From: Octopus sinensis | Taxonomy: Eukaryota | Direction of reading: 5' to 3' | Assembly: GCF_006345805.1 (NCBI RefSeq) | Contig: NW_021836358.1 | Location: 1 to 24,856 of the forward strand | DNA length: 24,856 nucleotides | Part shown: positions 1 through 8,855 of the stretch, piece after piece | How the letters are laid out: every line of letters begins with the position of its first letter | Numbering within the stretch: the first letter of the stretch is position 1 | Position numbers and translations under genes: made by a program | The notes under the pieces: model-generated | Told to the model about the DNA's origin: nothing | The model's input: the letters and a program-made list of their open reading frames with translations, nothing else | Databases searched by the model: none

Positions 1-37
1 TTGATGATATTCAGTAAAAGTTCTTTAAAGTAAGGAC

Positions 38-360
38 TATTTGCCAACATAATGTGGTTGTCCTGGATAGGACGATTGTTACAATTGTTTAGCCCCAAGA
101 AACATCGTTTCCAGTTGGTTATATGATGCGATATCTGTGCATTTATTTTTTCGAACAGGGCATCCAGCACAAAGCAACATCTGTGCACCGGTTTCCGGGT
201 TATTGCCCTTTATGAATACGGAGGAGCTGCTTTGTGCAGGACGCCCTCTAGGAAAATATAAGGACACAGATATATGTTGTATAGCCAGCTTGAAACGATG
301 TTTCCTGGGGTTAAACAATAGTAACGATCGTCCAGGTTAGCCACATTATGTTGGCAAATA
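38..360. repeat. Long imperfect inverted repeat (hairpin): arms ~38-182 and ~222-360, loop ~39 nt
   Basis: 38-57 TATTTGCCAACATAATGTGG is the exact reverse complement of 341-360; pairing continues with scattered mismatches through GTTTAGCCCCAAGAAACATCGTTT / AAACGATGTTTCCTGGGGTTAAAC and AGGGCATCCAGCACAAAGC / GCTTTGTGCAGGACGCCCT. Confidence 0.95.
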
Positions 361-378
361 ATCTTTAATTTATATATT

Positions 379-1214
379 GGTGGCCGTTGTTATCATATTT
401 ATTATCATATCGTTTATCATTTCATATCATTATGTCCTTGTCCAGCCCGTAGCTTCCTTTCTTTGTGAGGCCCTTGAGGCCAATTTAATGAATAAATGAA
501 TAAAAGAAGCTTGCTGCCCAACTATATGATTCAGGGTTCAGTCTCACTGCATGGCACTCTGGGCAAGTGTCTTCCATTATATCTTTGGGCTGACGAAAGT
601 ATTGAGTGAATTTGGTAGATGGAAACTGAAAGAAGCCCGTCGTATATATATATATATATGTATATACATGTATATATATATGTATCTATATATGTGTATG
701 TGTTCGCGTTTGTGTGTGTGGGGGGTGGCATTGAGGACAGAGACAGGGCGTCCTGCACAAAGCAGCTCCTCCGTATTCATAAAGGGCACACACACACACA
801 ACACACACACAGCGTTCTAACAATTCATTTAAGTAAAATATAAAGATACGTATGTACTCTTTTACTGTTTTATTGTTTTATTGAGGACAGAGACAGAAAT
901 GCACCCCCCACACACACAAACGCGAACACATACATATATATAGATACATATATATATACATGTATATACATATATATATATACGACGGGCTTCTTTCAGT
1001 TTCCATCTACCAAATTCACTCAATACTTTCGTCAGCCCAAAGATATACTGGAAGACACTTGCCCAGAGTGCCACGCAGTGGGACTGAACCCAGAACCATG
1101 TGGTTGGGAAGCAAGCTTCTTTTATTAATTTATTCATTAAATTGGCCACTAGGGCCTCACAAAGAAAGGAAGCTGCGGGCTGAACACGGACATAATGATG
1201 ACATAACGGCCGCC
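379..1214. repeat. Inverted duplication: arms ~379-732 and ~898-1214, each containing part of an S1 SINE
   Basis: 426-732 aligns to the reverse complement of 898-1199; the inner ~155 bp are identical apart from microsatellite length and one or two changes, including shared derived SINE variants (TATATCTTTGGGCTGACGAAAGTATTG). Confidence 0.95.
504..732 (+). mobile_element. S1 tRNA-derived SINE, partial (headless copy in left palindrome arm)
   Basis: GGGTTCAGTCTCACTGCATGGCACTCTGGGCAAGTGTCTTC...GGAAACTGAAAGAAGCCCGTCG matches the other S1 copies. Confidence 0.85.
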
Positions 1215-1258
1215 GATTGCTGTTTACCCGCTCCTTACCACATATCCAAGCCTGCGCC
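853..1258 (-). mobile_element. S1 SINE, internally deleted and split by a ~113-bp insertion (1121-1233)
   Basis: Body 898-1120 matches S1; head remnant CTTACCACATATCCAAGCCTGCGCC at ~1231-1258 resembles the S1 5' end (CTTACCACACAGCCACTCCTGCGC); tail-like AAACAGTAAAAGAGTA on the minus strand near 855-870. Confidence 0.75.
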
Positions 1259-1319
1259 TGAATGTATGTGCATAAATGTAAACTCGTCATTTTATATGAG
1301 GGTGTATATGTATGTATAG

Positions 1320-1420
1320 TATAGTAGATTGTATTAGTGGCTATAAATAGTGTTGCTGTTGTTGTTGTTGTTGTTGTTTGGCCCTAGTTCAGTCCTGATC
1401 CAGGATGCCTGCCCTTATGG
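1320..1420 (-). repeat. Fragment of the ~150-bp CAA-tailed repeat family (also at 13538-14490 and 24690-24856)
   Basis: Minus strand reads GATCAGGACTGAACTAGGGCCAAAC(AAC)n...TATAGCCACTAATAC, matching the units at 14380-14450. Confidence 0.75.
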
Positions 1421-1487
1421 CTCTAGAGTAAGATCCCTAAAGAATTGGTCGATGTGTCTCTGCACCCAATTTCGCCGAGTTGTCGAA

Positions 1488-1730
1488 AATCATCATCAGC
1501 AGCAGCAGCAGCGGAAGCAGCAGCAGCATCGTCGTCATCATCATTGCCACCACCGCCACAACCAGTTCATCACCATCATCATCATCATAATCATCTCATC
1601 ATCACATCGTCATCATCATCATCAACATCGTTGTTCTTGTAATCATTATCCACATCATCATCATCTTCATCATTGTCGTCATCATCATTATCTTTATCAC
1701 TACCATTACCCATCAACATCATCACCAATG
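1488..1730. repeat. Degenerate (CAG/CAT)n trinucleotide microsatellite
   Basis: CAGCAG and CATCAT runs seen directly. Confidence 0.9.
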
Positions 1731-1819
1731 TCATTAGGTACCTCTGTGTTTTCATAAAACGCCCAATAGCTTGGTTTTACATTAAATATGGATAAACAGA
1801 AAAGAAAACAAGAAGTGTG

Positions 1820-1824
1820 TATAT

Positions 1825-1898
<74 letters not shown>

Positions 1899-2065
1899 CA
1901 TATATATACACATATATATATATATACATGTATATATATATACATATATATACATATATATATATACATATATATATATAGGTATATATATATATATATA
2001 TACTATATATATATATATATATATACTAATATATTATATAGATATATTATATATACATATATATA
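1820..2065. repeat. (TA)n microsatellite
   Basis: Direct observation. Confidence 0.95.
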
Positions 2066-2067
2066 AC

Positions 2068-2965
2068 ACGGGGTGTACGAAAACTGTACAGACATTTTAA
2101 CAGCTGATAATTCGCTTAGTTTTGATTTGTTTTAGAAATAAGGTAGGAAACCAGACTAAGCTTTGGGCAAGGAAATTCTTCCTGAAGTGCTTCTAGAAGT
2201 TTGAAATGCAGTCGAAGGGTAAAAACGGTGTAGGATGGAGTTTCGAACGGATTCAGCCACGTGACTGACCATCACTCGAAGCAGAGGCAGTGCAGATTAC
2301 TCTCTCTCTCCCTCTTCTCTCTCTCTCTCTCTTTACTCTTTTTTACTAGTTTTCATTCATTTAACTCTGCGGCCAATGCTGGAGCACCGCCTTTTAGTCG
2401 AGCAAATCGACCCCGGGACTTATTCTTTGTAAGCCAACTACTTATTCTATCGGTCTCTTTGCGAACCGCTAAGTGACGGGGACGTAACACACCAGCATCG
2501 TTTGTCAAGCAATGCTATGGGACAAACACACACACACAAACATATACACACAGATACATATACATATATACGACAGGCTTCTTTCAGTTTCCATCTACCA
2601 AATCCACTCACAAGGCATTGGTCGGCCCGAGGCTATAGCAGAAGACACTTGCCCAAGATGCCACGCAGTGGGACTGAACCCGGAACCATGTGGTTGGTAA
2701 GCAAGCTGCTTACCACACAGCCACTCCTGCGCTGTTCAGAACATTCGCATGAAACGTTCCGAAAGTTCGTTGATGTTCACACTAGGAGCTTCACAATGCA
2801 AGAAAGGGTACGAGAAACGTATCGCCACATTTGTATGAGTTCGCGGAAATATGTGAGGGAAGTGGATCGTGAGAGGAATTTCAAAATCAAACGCATTCTG
2901 GAGCGTTGCCACTGGAAACGTTACATTCCAAGGAGAATCCATGCTTGCAATGGCGATGATCATGA
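2068..2965 (+). mobile_element. Decayed Tc1/mariner-superfamily transposon (DUF4817-type HTH N-terminus), split by an S1 SINE
   Basis: With frameshifts, 2156-2290 reads LSFGQRKFFLKCF*KFENAVEG*KRCRMEFRTDSAT*LTITRSR; after the SINE it reads AVQNIRMKRS...SSRKYVREV...KRILERCHWKRYIPRRIHACNGDD, resembling the HTH and 'RILK...PY...HAL..DD' region of these transposases; TIR-like CGGGGTGTAC at ~2069. Confidence 0.65.
2298..2732 (-). mobile_element. S1 SINE, full length
   Basis: Minus strand: head GCAGGAGTGGCTGTGTGGTAAG (A box), GGGTTCAGTCCC (B box), internal TA/TG microsatellite, 3' GGCGGTGCTCCAGCATTGGCCGCAG module and (AG)-rich tail. Confidence 0.9.
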
Positions 2966-3046
2966 TTTGTGGCCCCAGCATGGCCACAAACTAATGACTG
3001 CAACAAGTAAACGATAAAAGTGAAAGATACATATAACACGTGCATA

Positions 3047-3431
3047 TGGGAGGCACTCCGTCGGTTACGACGACGAGGGTTCCGGTTGATCCGAATCAAC
3101 GGAACAGCCTGCTCGTGAAATTAACGTGTAAGTGGCTGAGCACTCCACAGACACGTGTACCCTTAACGTAGTTCTCGGGGATATTCAGCGTGACACAGAG
3201 AGTGACAAGGCCGGCCCCTTGTAATACAGGTCAACAGAAACAGGAAGTAAGAGTGAGAGAAAGTTGTGGTGAAAGAGTACAGCAGGGATCGCCACCATCC
3301 CCTGCCGGAGCCTCGTGGAGCTTTAGGTGTTTTCGCTCAATAAACACTCACAACGCCCGGTCTGGGAATCGAAACCGCGATCCTACGACCGCGAGTCCGC
3401 TGCCCTAACCACTGGGCCATTGTGCCTCCAC
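3047..3431 (-). mobile_element. S2 tRNA-derived SINE, full length, 12-bp TSD
   Basis: Head TGGCCCAGTGGTTAGGGC (A box) and GGTTTCGATTCCC (B box) on minus; TSD AACACGTGCATA at 3035-3046 and 3432-3443; near-identical in reverse to 4005-4387. Confidence 0.92.
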
Positions 3432-3480
3432 AACACGTGCATAAATACATACATGTATGCATGCATACATATATATATTA

Positions 3481-3761
3481 CGTTATCACCATGACCGACC
3501 AGGCTATCAGATGTTGCTACACATCGCTGGTCACAATGCGCTTCGCATTGTTTTAGGCTTCAAATGACGCCACACCGCTGGCTAAGCGACCAGGCCAACA
3601 GAAGAAAGAGTGAGAGAAAGTTGTGGTGAAAGAGTTTAGCAGGGATCGCCACCACACCCTGCCGGAGCCTCGTGGAACTTTAGGTGTTTTCGCTCAATAA
3701 ACACTCACAACGCCCGGTCTGGGAATCGAAACCGCGATCTTACGACCGCGAGTCCGCTGCC
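3481..3761 (-). mobile_element. S2-headed SINE with a different 3' tail (S2b)
   Basis: 3601-3760 matches the S2 head/body (cf. 3250-3400), but 3481-3600 is unrelated to the S2 tail at 3047-3240. Confidence 0.8.
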
Positions 3762-4004
3762 ATGCACATGTATTCTACATAACCTAGAATACATACCAAA
3801 AGCAGTCGCACGACTCTACAGCAACGTATTATCAGATGGAAGGATGAGCCTATATGAGCAGAAGACTATGCATGGAGATGATAGTAACACTGATCATCCA
3901 AGTAGTCTATCATGCGACCAATAGCCGGATTATTACCACCTGCTTTGAAGGGTATGAGTTTGCAATCTAGGAACAGGAAATATCAACCAAGTATCTGATG
4001 CACA

Positions 4005-4387
4005 GTGGAGGCGCAATGGCCCAGTGGTTAGGGCAGCGGACTCGCGGTCATAGGATCGCGGTTTCGATTCCCAGACCGGGCGTTGTGAGTGTTTATTGAG
4101 CGAAAACACCTAAAAGCTCCACGAGGCTCCGGCAGGGGATGGTGGTGATCCCTGCTGTACTCTTTCACCACAACTTTCTCTCACTCTTACTTCCTGTTTC
4201 TGTTGTACCTGTATTTCAAAGGGCCGGTCTTGTCACTCTCTGTGTCACGCTGAATCTCCCCGAGAACTACGTTAAGGGTGCACGTGTCTGTGGAGTGCTG
4301 AGCCACTTACACGTTAATTTCACGAGCAGGCTGTTCCGTTGATTCGGATCAACCGGAACCCTCATCGTCGTAATCGACGGAGTGCTT
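4005..4387 (+). mobile_element. S2 SINE, full length, inserted in the LINE ORF with a 16-bp TSD
   Basis: TSD AAGTATCTGATGCACA (3989-4004) / AAGAATCTGATGCACA (4388-4403); A box TGGCCCAGTGG, B box GGTTTCGATTCCC. Confidence 0.93.
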
Positions 4388-4822
4388 AAGAATCTGATGC
4401 ACAAAAGGGGTAGAGATGCAGGAAAAACAGTAAAATGTGACAACCGATGCAGACTTTGTGGAGTGAACATCGAAAATATCCCCCACATCATAAGCAGTTG
4501 TGCAAAAACGTCACCACGCTTTTATCTAGCGATGAGACATTATGTTGTAGCTAGGACACTCTATAATGATATTCGTCGGAAGGATAACCCCAAAGACAAA
4601 GAAATAAGAGCCCATAGCCACTCATAATAAAAAGGAGTACCAGAGGAATGTCCTAGTGAACACACCAATAAAATGTAAGCACAACAGACCTGATATAACG
4701 ATTTGGGACGATGAGAGAAACTGTGTAAGTTGTGGAAATTAGCTGCTCAGCAGATGTTAACGTAAAGCTGAAGATCAGTGAAAAAGAGAACACCTACACT
4801 GAACTAATGAGAAATCTGCCGT

Positions 4823-5481
4823 TACTCTCTCTCTCTTTCTCTCTCTCTTTACTCTTTTACTCTTTTACTTGTTTCAGCCATTTGACTGCGGCCAAGCTGG
4901 AGCACCGCCTTTAATCGAGCAACTCGACCCCGGGACTTATTCTTTTGTAAGCCCACTACTTATTCTATCGGTCTTTTTTGCCGAACCGCTAAGTAACTGT
5001 TTCTTTACTACCCACAAGGGGCTAAACATAGAGAGGACAAACAAGGACAGACAAACGGATTAAGTCGATTACATCGACCCCAGTTCGTAACTGGTACTTA
5101 ATTTATCGACCCGAAAGGATGAAAGGCAAAGTCGACCTCGGCAGAATTTGAACTCAGAATGTAACGGCAGACGAAATACGGCTACGCATTTCGCCATCCG
5201 TGCTAACGGTTCTGCCAGCTTGCCGCTAAGTAACGGGGACATAAACACACTAGCATCGGTTGTCAAGCAATGCTAGGGGGACAAACACAGACACACAAGC
5301 ACACATACATACACACGTACGACGGGCTTCTTTTTCAGTTTCCGTCTACCAAATCGACTCACAAGACTTTGGTTGGCCCGAGGCTATAGTAGAAGACACT
5401 TGCCCAAGATGCCACGCAGTGGGATTGGACCCGGAACCATGTGGTTGGTAAACAAGCTACTTACCATACAGCCACTCCTGC
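4823..5481 (-). mobile_element. S1 SINE, full length, inserted in the LINE and itself interrupted by S3
   Basis: Matches the 2298-2732 and 14505-14917 copies across both halves. Confidence 0.9.
4998..5222 (-). mobile_element. S3 SINE (third tRNA-like family) nested in S1, 12-bp TSD
   Basis: TSD CCGCTAAGTAAC at 4986-4997 and 5223-5234; minus strand has GAGTTCAAATTC (B-box-like) followed by GCCTTTCATCCTTTCGGGTCGATAAATTAAGTACC, a conserved-looking central domain. Confidence 0.88.
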
Positions 5482-5865
5482 ACCTCTATACAGATTACAA
5501 GTTCACGATTGTACCTGTAATTATTGGGGACCTGAGATATGTAGCACACTGCCTAAATACCAATCTCAAAACCAGAAAGGAGAAAGCTGACTCGAAGGCT
5601 ACAGATCCAAGCCATCACAGGAACTAAAAATCTGTAAGACTATCCAGAAGTTTATCATTTAAATATATATGAGCATGTCTAGATATGTAACTATGTGCAT
5701 GAGAATACATACATAAAACATACAAAGCTGCACATATACGTACATACATACATACAAAAATACCTTGTTGTTGATGGTGAAATTCTAATGAAGGAGCCTT
5801 GAATCTGGGTTAGAAACCCCTTCCCTTTCTATTGACAATAATCTTGAAATAAAACTGAACAATCA

Positions 5866-6265
5866 CATACATATATACATACATATATACATACATATAT
5901 ACATACATACATACATGCATAGATACATACATACATGCATAGCTACATACATACATACACACATACATACAAACATACATACATACATACATACATACTT
6001 ACATACATACAAACATACATACATTCATACATACATACATACATACAAACATACATACATACATACATACAAACATACATACATACATACAAACATACAT
6101 ACATACATACATACATACACACACACATACATACATACATACATACATACATACACACACATATATATACATACATACATACATTCATGCATACATACAT
6201 ACATACATACATACATACATACATACATACATACATACATACATACATACATACATACACACACA
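5866..6265. repeat. (CATA)n microsatellite
   Basis: Direct observation; source of the HTYI/MYVC ORFs. Confidence 0.97.
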
Positions 6266-7208
6266 CTTCTCTGTCAGTAACTAACGATATCCCTTCTTGC
6301 TTTTAGCATCGCCACCAACATCACCCCGACAACTACCCTTACCAAATCAACTATAAAAGGGGCTGGTTTTAAATAAGGAAACACGATCAGATAAGGAGCA
6401 GTTTGATCGTGGCCCCTCTGTGTGTGTGTGTGTGTGTACTTTTAATCTGCAATCTGTCTTTTAAGGACCTCACACACAGTCCCTAACATATCTTAACAAC
6501 TTAGCGTCTTCTTGGACATCATTCTGACCCCTACTTGTCTCTATTTACCGTCGTTAGGGGTCAGATCTACTTACTCCTATCCCCTAACCCACACTCTCTC
6601 TCACTCTATCTCTATCTCTCTTCTCTTCTCCCTCTCTCTTTCCTCTCTCTCTTCTTTCTCTTTTTCTCTTCTACTTTTTCCCCACCCCCTCGGATCAAAT
6701 TCCCCTCCCACCCCACACCCAATGTTAATCCATTCTTCAGTTCTTTCGGTTTTGTTTCCTTTTATTTTTATTGTCTTGTCTTCTTCACCCCTCCTCCTCC
6801 CGCCTCCCCCTCCCCCCTCCTCCTTCCTTGACTTACTAACTTCCGTTCTCGTTTATAGTTCTGTTGGGGTGATGTGTGTATGTGTGTATGTACATATGTG
6901 TATATGTAAATGTGCATATGTGTATATATCTATGTGTGCATGCGTGTGTAGGGGGACATGTAACGTAAGGCCAACGAGGGAGACGTCTGCTAGAAACAAC
7001 AGCCAAATCAAGCTCAAATTACACATTTACATAGATGTGTGTCTGTGTGAGAGAGAGAGTGTGTGTATGTGTGTGTAAGAAAGAGTTAGTGAGTGTGTGT
7101 GTATACGTGTGTATGTGTGTGCGCGCATACGCAACATGCTAGTTACGCCCTGCTAGATATAGTAGCCATAGCTCCCTCATCTCACATTCCACTACCTTGT
7201 ATATACAC

Positions 7209-7431
7209 ACGAAGGAAGACTGAAAAGTTCCTGGCTTTCAGGATGTCGCGAAAGGTCTGGTTGGAGGCCCAGCCTTCCGAATTCTTTTACAAGGCTCAGA
7301 AAAACTGAAGGACTGCTGTAATAAGTGTATGAATCTGAGAGGGGAATGAATATATATTGAATAAAATCATAATTAACTGATCCTCCTCTATTTTCTTTTA
7401 CCCAAAACCAGGAATTTTCAGCACCTCCTCT
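7209..7431 (+). mobile_element. Mariner-derived MITE
   Basis: Imperfect TIRs ACGAAGGAAGACTGAAAAGTTCCTGGCTTT / CCCAAAACCAGGAATTTTCAGCACCTCCTC; the interior resembles a mariner C-terminus (FYK..QK..DCCNKCMNLRGE); same family in reverse at 23133-23344. Confidence 0.8.
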
Positions 7432-7782
7432 ATATATATTTACATATATACGTATTTAAGTGTTGTTGTATGTTCCTAGCAGAACGCCGATAAAGCACGT
7501 TCGCTGCCTACGGCTACCTGATGTCATCCACGGTATTTACACAATTGTTGCTGTGTATGTGTGTGTGTGCCTCTGTGTGTGTGTGTGTGTGTGTGTATGT
7601 GTGTGTGTGTATTTAACTCCTTTTCTTTGATCCATAGATGTCCTTGTTCTTCTGTATCTTTCTGACCACCCTGTTATCCAGAGGGGTAGCTGGTAGCCAC
7701 AACAAACCATTTCTTTTTCTCGTCCCCCACACAACAATATCTGACTGGCTGTGTTTAAAAGAAAGATTTATCATATTATTAG

Positions 7783-7915
7783 AAATGAAGAAATCTTCGA
7801 ACGCAGGAGAATAGCTGTGAAAACAGCTGAGAGGATCCGGTAAAATAACCTTATAGATGGAAAACATTCCTCCGTTTTCACAACTATTTTCCTGCGTTTG
7901 ATGTTTCTTTCATTT
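7783..7915. other. Hairpin, ~42-bp arms (7783-7824 / 7874-7915), 49-nt loop
   Basis: AAATGAAGAAATCTTCGAACGCAGGAGAATAGCTGTGAAAAC vs reverse complement of GTTTTCACAACTATTTTCCTGCGTTTGATGTTTCTTTCATTT. Confidence 0.85.
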
Positions 7916-8089
7916 TTAAAAGTACCGACTCATTTGATGCTTCCATGTTTGTTTAGAAAATATGTTCTCCCGATTTATTAATATTGTCATTGTTGTTCCC
8001 CAGCATAGATGTATTTAGGTCTGGTTGTGTGTAATTATGACTCAACTCCAGTCCACAGCTCAGAGACACAACCCCTTCCTCTGCACATG

Positions 8090-8275
8090 AGCTGTTTACG
8101 TTCCCGTCACTTAGTAGTTCGGCAAAAGACACCGATGGAAAAAGTGCCAGTCTTTACAAAAAACGAAAATAATAATTAATAAGTAGTGGGGTCAATTCGT
8201 TTCACTAAAAATTGTTGAAGGTAGTGCTCCAGCATGGCCGCAGTCCAATGGCTGAAACAACAAGCATAAAAAATC
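8090..8275 (+). mobile_element. Old S1-related SINE 3' half
   Basis: GTTTACGTTCCCGTCACTTAGTAGTTCGGCAAAAGACACCGATGG...GGTAGTGCTCCAGCATGGCCGCAGTCCAATGGCTGAAAC. Confidence 0.8.
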
Positions 8276-8855
8276 AAAAATAGAGCAATTATTGACGAAT
8301 CACGTGAATAGTAATTACAGTAATTAAACGAACTCCAATTAATTTTTCATTGTCTCTCTGACGGTGTCAGTGACAAGGGAGCATCCGTTTGAGGTCGGTG
8401 CAGAACAATTAGTATAAAGGACTCCGTTCGAAAGATAGAAAAAGTACCGGCTGGGGAGTGGTAAGGTGGGGACAGTTAAGGGTGCTGGAGAGGTGGCTCA
8501 AAGATAGATACGATACTTTCTACATCCTTCAACAATATATATTAGCCGAAAGATAAACACACACGCACACACACACACACACATACATACAGATATACAC
8601 ACATACTCGCGCGCGTGTGCGTGTGTGTGTGTGTGTGTTTATGGGCGTTCTGTTCAATGTTTATTCACCGACTTATCTCGTTGCTTGTTTGAAAGCTGTA
8701 ATCTGATCAACCATAAATCACGCATGCGTACACACACTTACAGAATATATTCACACACACATACATGTGTGCACACACATACACACACACATACAAAAGC
8801 ATGAACATGTGGTATGTGTACCTGGAAATGTATGTATGTATGTGTGTATGTGTGC

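Larger units (their letters stand above)
3762..5865 (+). mobile_element. Decayed 5'-truncated non-LTR retrotransposon with restriction-like endonuclease (R4/Dong-like), interrupted by nested SINEs
   Basis: Rejoined frames: EQKTMHG...FEGYEFAI*EQEISTKYLMHKR...CRLCGVNIENIPHIISSC (CCHC knuckle)...KCKHNRPDITIWD...VEISCSADVNVKLKISEKENTYTELMRNL / LYTDYKFTIVPVIIG (PD..D/E-x-K RLE motif); 3' UTR ends at a (CATA)n tract. Confidence 0.85.

Noticed and set aside
4005-4080. tRNA-Arg-like sequence (also the S1 heads)
   Set aside because: SINE heads with A/B boxes but no complete cloverleaf or acceptor stem; embedded in repeats with TSDs
5810-6306. HTYI/MYVC repeat ORFs (similar ones at 8765-9571, 11604-11977, 12694-13174, 23331-24468)
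   Set aside because: Translations of CATA/TA/TG microsatellites
6307-6375. Acceptor-like CTTCTTGCTTTTAG followed by HRHQHHPDNYPYQINYKRGWF* and a TATAAAAG motif
   Set aside because: Short, no donor or supporting exon; could be chance in pyrimidine-rich flanks
7613-7740. Minus-strand ORF tail DIVVWGTRKRNGLLWLPATPLDNRVVRK
   Set aside because: No homolog recognised, alternative frames are equally open, and there are no convincing splice sites
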